From Octopus bimaculoides (lineage: Eukaryota), in contig NC_068985.1 in NCBI RefSeq assembly GCF_001194135.2, positions 38,052,026 to 38,116,025 of the forward strand: a stretch of 64,000 nucleotides of DNA. The letters are read 5' to 3'. The notes beneath the pieces are model-generated. The model ran no database searches. It was given only the letters and a program-made list of their open reading frames with translations, and was not told the origin of the DNA. Positions within the stretch are counted from its first letter, which is position 1. Each line of letters begins with the position of its first letter. Positions 54,821 to 64,000 of the stretch are shown here, piece after piece. The translations under genes were made by a program, and so were the position numbers.

Positions 54821-55463
54821 TCTTTCTACCTCCTCCTCTCACCTTCTGTCTCCTCTTTATACGTTGCACACAGAAACTTATACTCGATTGCTTGTGTGTG
54901 TAAAATTATTTAAGTTGTTTAACCTGAGATTTAATAGCGAATATATGTTCATATTTAAATAAAACAAAACCTGTATTTATAAGAAGTAAATAAAGAAGAG
55001 ATACCAGGGAAAACAAATTAATTATTTTCGACCTGTTTTTTTTAGGTAACACTCTGTAACATCTTCATGTAATGACGAGAAAATTACGTGCTTCTTTGGA
55101 TCAAACACAAGAGCGAGAGAGAAACTGCACCATATACAATGATCAAAAACTATCTATGAGATATTAGTCACATTGATGTAGATGTCGTAGTGAGTGGCTT
55201 ATCTTTTGTTAAAACAATAAAAATAGAGGCTTTTACAAGTTAGTGAAAAGACCTGAGTTTATATGCGACCAGGGTCTCGCAGCTTTGGTAAAATAAACAT
55301 GTAAACATATTTATCCCCAGTACACTACGTATTGAGTTCTATTTTAGATAATGTTTGAATTACGAAATTATATATAAATTCACACATGACTGTATTTGTT
55401 AATGTACACACACACACATACATTTATATTAGTGAGTGTCTCACTCACTGTGTATGCACGCAT

Positions 55464-55532
<69 letters not shown>

Positions 55533-56409
55533 NNNNNNNNNNNNNNNNNNNNNNNNNNNNNNNNNNNNNNNNNNNNNNNNNNNNNNNNNNNNNNNNNNNN
55601 NNNNNNNNNNNNNNNNNNNNNNNNNNNNNNNNNNNNNNNNNNNNNNNNNNNNNNNNNNNNNNNNNNNNNNNNNNNNNNNNNNNNNNNNNNNNNNNNNNNN
55701 NNNNNNNNNNNNNNNNNNNNNNNNNNNNNNNNNNNNNNNNNNNNNNNNNNNNNNNNNNNNNNNNNNNNNNNNNNNNNNNNNNNNNNNNNNNNNNNNNNNN
55801 NNNNNNNNNNNNNNNNNNNNNNNNNNNNNNNNNNNNNNNNNNNNNNNNNNNNNNNNNNNNNNNNNNNNNNNNNNNNNNNNNNNNNNNNNNNNNNNNNNNN
55901 TATATATATATATATGTGTATGTATGTGGGCCCATACTCACATACATAATTAAATTATTCGTTGCGTTACTTTTGCCTTTTCTCTCTGTCTCTGCTTAAC
56001 CTAAGACTTAAAATATGAACAACCAATATAGAACTGCTCTCCTTTTACTCATTCTGAGACTCATTCTTTTCCCCTTACCTTTCTTCCTTCATTCCCTCTC
56101 TGCGCGTTACCCCCATAAACACCTTTACATGCTCACGTACAACATATCGGTACTACATCTACACTTTCTAATAATAGATACTTCTGCTCCAAACTAATCA
56201 CTCATCCCAAGCGTTGGTGCGCATCGGTGACATTGATGGAGTGAAATATCTGCAAAAGTCATATGACCACATCTGATTTAACAGCAACGATACGAAAAAC
56301 ATCAACAAAACTCCTCTAACTTCTCACCTAAAACACTATCCCTCGCCTAGTATTTCTTTGTCTGTCTATCTGTCTGTACGTCTCTCTGTTCGTCTCTCTT
56401 AATTTCTTA

Positions 56410-56690
56410 TCCAGTCACTCTTGCTAAACTATCCCAGTCCGGTTGCTTTAGACCGTGGATGGAAGGTTGTTCCAATAAATTTATTGTGTCAGAGAGTACG
56501 AATCTATCACTTTTAATCCGTGTCGCTCACTTTTAGACTATTTATTTAGAAAGACAACCATGCTCAAGTCTAATGTTTTTGCTCTTTTTGACCATTTCAT
56601 TTGTTCTCAGTTGTAGTTGTAACAAAACCAAAGGCCGTGGCATCAACCGCTACTAATGTGTCTTGAAAAACTTCTGATTCAGCTAAAATA
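56410..56690 (-). mobile_element. 3' end of CR1-like LINE, decayed
   Basis: Minus strand reads FVLSDTINL/WNNLPSTV across a frameshift, similar to the CR1 terminal motif FFS.RVIN.WN.LP..VV. Confidence 0.5.
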
Positions 56691-57275
56691 TCTATCTATA
56701 TGCACGACTTTATCTTTAGAATATATGCCTTGTTACAGATAATTACTGTGATTCAATACTAAGTTGAAGTCAAGGTAATAATAAGTAAGCGAGAAGTGTT
56801 GAGTAATATTTACCGGGATTTTAAAGAATAATTTAACGTTGGAAAGACAATAGCAACACAAACGGAATAAGGAAGGAAAGGAACAGAGACAGAAAGAGAG
56901 AGAGCGAGAGAGAGAGAGAGAGAGGGAGAGACTGACAGACAGACAGACAGAAAGAGAGACTGAGAGACAGACAGAAAGAGAGACTGAGAAACAGAAAGAG
57001 AGACTGACAGAAAGACAGACGGACAGAGAGAGACATACAGAGACCCAGACAGACAGACAGACAGACAGCGAGAGGGATAGCAATAACCAAAGAGTTTGAG
57101 AAGTCAATTTAAAATAAGAAGTAAAGTCATTGCAGTGAGACAGAGAGGTATGTATGTCGCTAAATATGTGTGCGTATATAAACACGAAGAGTCTAGACTA
57201 ATGTGTGATTATGGAGAGAAGAAAGAGAAAAGTATACTCAAGAGAGAGAAATATAGGGAGAGTTAAATGAAATGG

Positions 57276-57324
<49 letters not shown>

Positions 57325-57494
57325 NNNNNNNNNNNNNNNNNNNNNNNNNNNNNNNNNNNNNNNNNNNNNNNNNNNNNNNNNNNNNNNNNNNNNNNNNNNN
57401 NNNNNNNNNNNNNNNNNNNNNNNNNNNNNNNNNNNNNNNNNNNNNNNNNNNNNNNNNNNNNNNNTATATATATATATATATGTAACTACATGTG

Positions 57495-57660
57495 GATTGT
57501 TTTCCTCCGCCCCCTCTGTCTCCTGTTTCTGAAGAAGAGCTTTGCTCGAAACGTAAAACGCTCTTTCTTTTCTTCCCTGAGCGTCTTATTAATACTTTGC
57601 GTATACCACGTCCTCGCGTTGTTGTTTTTTCTTGTTGTCTTTTTCTCCATTCTTTTCTTT
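57495..57660 (+). mobile_element. Hammerhead-bearing short repeat, probable Penelope-like element terminus (copy 2)
   Basis: ttccctgagcgtcttattaata...ataccacgtcctcgcgttgttgtt matches the copy at the window start. It follows a (TA)n tract as copy 1 does. Confidence 0.55.
57524..57560 (+). ncRNA. Minimal type-I hammerhead ribozyme, intact core (Penelope-like)
   Basis: Stem I UGUUU(57524-28)/AAACG(57556-60). Core CUGAAGA (57529-35) plus an extra A. Stem II GAGC-UUU-GCUC (57537-47). GAA followed by palindromic ACGU; cleavage triplet GUA with predicted cut after 57555. Confidence 0.75.
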
Positions 57661-59544
57661 TATTATTTATATAAATATTTACCTAAACACCCGTTTTGTT
57701 ATATTTTCATTTTTAGTACATATCAGTACATTTGAGAATTTATCTTAGTGCGTTTTTTTCTGGAAAATTTATTTTCTGATTCCTATATTTTTGTAATACT
57801 CGCAAAAAATCTCGCCACAAATCAGCTTGAATATTTTCAAAAAAGAAACTAATTGAGCTCTGCGCCACTCCCACTCACGCATCTAACGCTGTCCTAGTTA
57901 TGTCACTTGCTTCATCATGATGCTGAATATTAACAATAATTATACATAATTTAATCACCCAGATTTGATTGTTAAGCTCATAAAGAACTATTACATTTAC
58001 CTCTCACTTCTCTTCTCTTCCCATCTCCTTTACTGTTCTCCTTTTACAATATCTTTTTGTGGTTTCATTATCTGCCAGTCCCTCGATGTCTATCCTTTTT
58101 CTCTTTCTTTCTTTCCCCCTTATCTCTCGCTGTCTCTTTCCTTCTTTCTCTTCGTATTCTTCATATTTCTCTTGCTCACTGTTGACAAATATTACGAATA
58201 TGTCGGTTCAAAAAACGTTTGTCCCGTGGATTATAACGAAAAAGATTAGCCGCGAAACTCAGTCAGCAAGAAACATGAATGTCACTGGTTATTTCATAAT
58301 ATGAAAATGCCTCCGTTTAGAGTTTTCATATTAGATGATATTTAGTATTTGTTGAAAAAATTTAATTAACTTTAGCACACACAAACAACAAAACATTGTA
58401 CACATACACAGCGTATATCCCTACATGCTGTATACATGAAAAGTTAATGCAAGCTGCTATTTTAGAATTTAGTGAAAAGTTAATTTATTTACGTCAACAC
58501 TAGATGTAAACAATTACATGTGCGCATGTTCGCATTCATACTAAGTGAAAAATACTAAACTTATATAATAAATTCTTAGTTTATTAACAGGAATCAAACA
58601 TAATATTTTTATATCAAGAAATTTATCAAGTGATTATTTATTAATTAATGTGGGTTATATCGTTAAGAATATTTGAAGATAAAAAAACATACGTAGACTA
58701 ATAAATAAAATGTTATCGCAGCTGATACTTGCAGATAGGCAATTGTATTCGTATAGAAAAGAATGCATACAATATACTTGAAAGAAATATTTTCATTTGC
58801 TAGATAAAGCAACTGAAGCTCTCATAAATTCCAATGTTCAAGCATAGAAAGGGCTCATTAGATAAATATAATTAATAGCTGCACTGCACATGGTGGGGAG
58901 ATGGGAAAGACAAGAATGATCTTATCTGAAATGCTTTTTATCATAGATGTGTTTAATCAGGTTCTCTTTTGGTTAAAATATACACTAACAACAAATTTTG
59001 GGAGAAGAACTTTGATATTTGAAAGGTGATCAAGTCAATCTCGAGTGAGATAGGTCTTTTATATCTCTAGTGCAACCACAGCTTTGTGTAAGCTGTTTCA
59101 TAAATGTATTTTGTAGCAGATTTACAGTATCTTAGTTGATAAACAGTAAGGATTTACAGTATCTTAATTAATAAACATGTGCGTGTTTTTATCTAGTACG
59201 TCGTTGGCATATCTCACCTGCAGTACGTCTTCTCACATCTAGTCAGAACTGTTCTGTGGAATTCAGTTATTTGTTTTTGCTGAAGTCCTTAATTAATTAC
59301 TAGTTATTTGCTTTGCTGAAGTCATTAATTAATTACAGTTTGGAAATTTAAATATGTCACGCGCTCTTGTTTACCTCTATAAAATTTGAATCTCGTAGTT
59401 CGAAATCTAAAATTGAAATTAAAGTCTCGAGGTGTAGTTGTTTCCTCCCCACCACCACCAGGACTACCATAAAAGCATTTAATTTAATGGAATTTTCCAC
59501 TCGACTAACCAAATCATAGCTATCGCTTTTTAAGTATTTAAAAT

Positions 59545-59690
59545 TTTTCCTTTGAGGTTCGACTTTGCTTTCATCAATTTTCGTGGTCGATAAAATAAGT
59601 ACCAGTTGAGAACTTGGGTTGATGTAACCGACTTACACTTTTCCCCCGAAATCGAGGGCCTTGTACTAAAATTCGGAAGCAATATTTAGA
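59545..59690 (+). mobile_element. 5'-truncated family A SINE
   Basis: gaggttcgactttgctttcatc...ggtcgataaaataagtaccagttgag, about 270 bp upstream of the third exon. Confidence 0.7.
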
Positions 59691-59956
59691 ATCGATTAAT
59701 TTTATATTTCTTGAAATAGAATAAAAAACAAATATCTTTAAATATTTGGACGTTTTATTTCTAGTAAATTATTTTTATTCAGTTGAACAGTTTTTACTCT
59801 TTCAAGCGGTAACTATTTGGGAAATATTTATCGTTCATTTTTTTTTTTTTTTCAGATTCTCTCGTTATCTCAGTTAATTCATCCGCCTGTTTTTTTCTTT
59901 CTTTCATCCATTTATCAAACAACGTTACTATTACCACCGTCTTCTTGTTCTTTCAG

Positions 59957-60104
59957 AACCCGGAGTACCACATTTGGCAGAGGAGAAATTTTTGGACTAT
60001 GTTCTAGTCCAGAGAAACGAACCAGCTCGTCTTGATTGTTTGATTGTCGGAGCAGCACGAATTGAATGGTTTTCTAATTATGAAAAAATTATTAACAGTT
60101 CTAG
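59957..60104 (+). CDS. PTK7: Internal exon of PTK7/Off-track-like receptor (N-terminal half of Ig3)
   Basis: Pyrimidine tract and tttcag|AA, donor TCTAG|gtacgt; 148 nt, phase 1 to 2, in frame with the previous exon (G+AA=Glu). Translates (E)PGVPHLAEEKFLDYVLVQRNEPARLDCLIVGAARIEWFSNYEKIINSS(R), comparable to PTK7 Ig3 (VVVARYEEAMFHC...QW...ITNRSR). Confidence 0.78.
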
Positions 60105-61639
60105 GTACGTTTATATGTTCCTTACGTGTGTGTGTGTGTGTGCGTGTCTCACATTTTCTGTACTCATACCAAGCACAGCATAAATTATCTTTCTATAAAT
60201 TATTAAATAATGGACCAGATAATATAGATACTGGAGTTAATTAATAAAAGTTAATTGTTCCCAATGAATATTCATTTTATAATCGCCTCTCAGTCACAAC
60301 CAATGTAATTTCTTTCAACGTGACTTTGATATATCCATTACTTAAAATGCTCGTCCGTGGAACATACTTTGCATACCTGACTCAGTTGCCAGGCATATAT
60401 TCTCCCGTAGATTGTTTCTTTGCTTCTTTCAAGATCACACATACTAGTACATATAGCTTTATGAATTCTGCGTATGTGTGCGTGTACACTTTGTATCACT
60501 CAAATGATTTGAAATTTCACTCTGAAATCTTTTACCGAGGACTAAGTCCACTGGGTAACGAGTGACTATAAGAGGAATCCAGACGAGCAGATTATGGAGA
60601 TAATAATGCCAATAAACAAATAAAGCAAAACCTGGATATTTGCAGATGATGAACATTCAAGTATAAATATATAGATATTTATATATTAATAGAGCAAACT
60701 TACCCAGAGTACAAAGACACAAAAAATTAAAGGGGAGAAGGTATAGTATGTATGTATGTATGTATGTATATCACTGTGTGTACTTGTGTGTAAAACACGT
60801 ACGGAAATGTTACAAGATATATTCAAATTATGAGACGCACATACATGCACACTTTTATTTATGTTTGATTTAAGGCAAAATGCGTTACGCGAAACAAAAG
60901 GTCCACTAAATCCAACGTTTAGAGTGTCAGTCATTGTTTTATTCATTCATAACTCGCCAATGTTGAAGTCATTGCATGATATACGCATGGGTTTGTGTAG
61001 GTGTACGTTTGTATGTGTATGTAAAGTAAATAATATAACAGCATTCTCGTATATCTAACTGAACTCAACAATGTAGTGAGGCTATGATTCAAAATTGATA
61101 GCCTTGTGATTAATAATCTTCTTAATCTCAAAGTTAGTGAGTCTACTTTTCGGTTTTGTACAGAGCTATCTTGCTTTTTGATGTGTATTTATCGAAACGA
61201 AGAACTAAATTTATAATGACTGGCTTCCGCTTTTGTTCTTAAGGCTATCCAGTGTACATACCACTATGATGTTGTGCAGCCATTTAGCGGCACTTCCAAC
61301 ATTCATAAATAAGTGATAAGTTACTATGATACATAGTCAGATAACATGAGCGAAGAGTTTTGTAAAGTGACCTGCCACAGAATAATGTAAATAGTTAAGG
61401 CACCATGTGATCGAGGAGATAATGATCAAGCATAACACCTGTCATGTCCCCTTTCTCCAGAGGAAGATAGACACAGATAACACGAGAATAAATAGTCAAA
61501 ACCAAAACCATACGTAGTAGTATACTTAATGTTTCGGTCATTTTGAAAATTTCGGATTGGCTACCTTTCCATTAAGAATGTCTCCTAGCAACATTGATTG
61601 ATATAGTGAGAAAAGCTTTGAAAATGGAAACATAAAAAG

Positions 61640-61676
<37 letters not shown>

Positions 61677-62394
61677 TGATAATGATAATAATAATAATAA
61701 CGAATCCGAATTAGAAAATGCTCGAATATGTGAAAGATTTGCACGAACTCGTGCAGCTTCTGGTTCTAGAACATACTGATTCTTTAGTTCGATTCAAAAC
61801 ACAAAGGGAGGGAAAAAAATGTTGTTCTTTATCAGTTGGCATACCACATTGTCAATGTCAGCATACACTTAATTCTAAAATTATCTCATTAATCTTCAAA
61901 ACAAAATGCGCTTTTCATTCATTTGCCATTTAACAAACCACATTAATGTTTCATGTTACTTTCAATTATCTCCATTAACCTAGTTTAATTACAGATGTTA
62001 TAGGTTGCGTCAATACAAAGATCGGTATTCTTCTTAAACAAGGAACTAAATGGGCTTATGGATAATTCCCCCCCCCCCAAAAAAAAAGTAAAATTCTATT
62101 AAAAAAAAAGTGAGTGCATTTGCTTGCTGGATGTAATTGATAATAAAAAATAATCTATTCGTGAAAAATAATTTTGCGTATCATGCTGCGTTTAAATCTC
62201 AAAGAAAGAAACTTTAATGTTATAAAGAGTGAAACCAACTCCATAGTTTTCAAGGTCGATTATAGTAACGGCAGGGATTGTAGTACTGAATGAACTGCCT
62301 CAGTAGATTGCTTTTTATCACTGAACGTTTTACCATTCTTATGTAAAAAAAAAGTCTTAAAATAATGAACCAAAATGCAAAGATGCTTTATTAT

Positions 62395-62457
<63 letters not shown>

Positions 62458-62500
62458 CACTACTACCACCACCGCCGCCGCCGTCGCCACAACCACCATC
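62395..62500. repeat. (ACT)n grading into (ACC)/(GCC)n microsatellite
   Basis: Direct reading; a further (ACT)n lies at 63300-63385. Confidence 0.95.
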
Positions 62501-63299
62501 ACTAATGTTTTTAGAAAGATAAATGGAATTCAGAAAATGAGAGGTGATTCAGTTCAGAGTCGGGATGTATAATCATTTCTTTAGACTATGCGTAATGTTT
62601 GAAATGTAACAAAGAACAGATGGAATAGATTGAATAAGGTTCACGGTGTTTACTTGCACTTGTATTTGTATTGTTCCTCCCAAATGGTAGACGAACACAG
62701 TCAGCCCCAATATTATTTGAACTTCGTGGAACGATGGGATGAATATTAAGAATCATTCAGTTCAGTGCTATATAACATTTCTGAGACAAAAAAAGATTGC
62801 GGATATCATTTATATAAATATCTTAACGAGTACATGTCATATTCAATTTAGTTTCAGCATCATTGTTTGCAAAGCACAATGAATGTTTATACAAACGTTT
62901 TGGAACATGTTTTGAAGTCTTTAGCATCTTTGAAAGTGACGACAACACCAGAAATGTGGTCCAATCAGAGGGAACCGTTAACTTCCTTTATTATGTAACA
63001 GTGAAATTAAAGGGTGATGGGCAGGAAGAATCATTTAACGTCGGACACAAATGTCTTGCGGTATTTGTTCTGTTTCTTTACGTTTGGGATTTCTACCTTC
63101 ATCAGGATAAACTTTGACTTTCATAATTTCAGGCCTGATAAAATAAGGTGCCAGTCTACAGTTTACAGCTGTGTGGGGATCGGCATGTCAAAGAGCAGAC
63201 CTAACGTTTTCGCCTGAGTAACGCAAAGGGATCATACGCCAGAAGTAGGGAATCGCCAACAAATTAGAGACTATTATTACAGCGCATGCTCCCCTTGCT

Positions 63300-63358
<59 letters not shown>

Positions 63359-63682
63359 GCTACTACTACTGCTACTACTACTACTTTCAAATTTGTAGCC
63401 TTGTGCCTATGTGATAAATAATTATATTACTGTGGTTTAAAGGGCGGTAGATATGCAGAATCGTTAGAATGGCGGAAGTCTTGCGCTCAGATAGCACTAT
63501 CGTTCACTTTGTCGTCATTTTAGGGTCAAAAAGATGTAGTACTAGCCCACTAGATGGATAAATTTAACCGATTAACCCTGACTGTATAATTTCAGGGCTT
63601 CAAAAATTGTCTGCAATAACTGGTTGTTAGCAAGTTTTATTAATTCAGTATTAAAATAAATCTATATACTTCACAAGGGATA

Positions 63683-64000
63683 CAGTAATCACTCGCTATA
63701 TCGCGGTTTACTCATCGCGCCCTCAGTACATCGCGGATTTTTCTGACTAATATATGTAAATTTATATTGCGGACTCTTCAGTTTATCGCGAGTTTCTGCG
63801 GCCGATGTGTATTTATATTTTTTTAGATTTTAATTTTTTTCTGTGATAAAATAAGTATTTTCACGCCTAAAAATTATTGAATTAATAAATATAAATACAG
63901 TACAGTATTGCATTATATAACACATCAATTAAAATATATGAAAAAACAAAAATACATAGTGTACCGTAAATGAGTAAACAAAGAATCACATACTGTATGG
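63683..64000 (+). mobile_element. Left end of pogo/Tigger-like DNA transposon or MITE
   Basis: TA|CAGTAATCACTCGCTATATCGCGG start with repeated ATCGCG subterminal motifs; the other end is not in the window. Confidence 0.55.

Noticed and set aside
4510-57532. Long ORFs in the supplied track (e.g. 8764-10254, 12921-13643, 35001-35747, 41964-42561, 55386-55999)
   Set aside because: They run through N gaps and (TA)n/(CA)n/(TATG)n microsatellites and give YIYI/CVCV/HTHT repeats; not genes.
63070-63110. Minus-strand CTGATGAAGGTAGAAATCCCAAACGTA
   Set aside because: G12 is C, stem II has only 2 bp and stem I is not in register; possibly a dead relative but not supportable as a ribozyme.
62863-63117. 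84-aa ORF downstream of the third exon considered as the next exon
   Set aside because: Lacks the expected second half of an Ig domain (G-S-L and D-x-G-x-Y-x-C motifs).
1-64000. CRISPR arrays, rRNA, operons
   Set aside because: None seen. The recurring ~200-nt units are dispersed eukaryotic SINEs, not repeat-spacer arrays.

Overview
AT-rich, microsatellite-dense animal genomic DNA with many N gaps. The repeat content (tRNA-headed SINEs with (CA)n/(TA)n-flanked gaps) points to an octopus/cephalopod draft assembly; this is my inference. The only host coding sequence I can support is three small + strand exons (18788-18923, 30385-30548, 59957-60104). They splice in frame through GT-AG introns of about 11.5 kb and 29.4 kb and encode Ig-like domain 2 and half of domain 3 of a PTK7/Off-track-like receptor; the remaining exons were not found (outside the window or in gaps). 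Nearly all ORFs in the supplied track are microsatellite or gap artefacts. The introns hold a transposon graveyard: an internally deleted Helitron, a TIR- and TA-bounded mariner, a probable solo LTR, fragments of R4/Dong-, RTE- and CR1-type LINEs, at least four SINE families (several as inverted pairs or tandem arrays), a tRNA-Asp pseudogene and a pogo/Tigger-like end. The most striking signal is two related short elements (near 71-107 and 57524-57560) that fold as minimal type-I hammerhead ribozymes of the Penelope-associated kind. They show stem covariation between copies and a palindromic ACGU stem III, and both lie on the gene's sense strand. The 57.5 kb copy has an intact catalytic core. 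All coordinates were read by eye and repeat boundaries are approximate.
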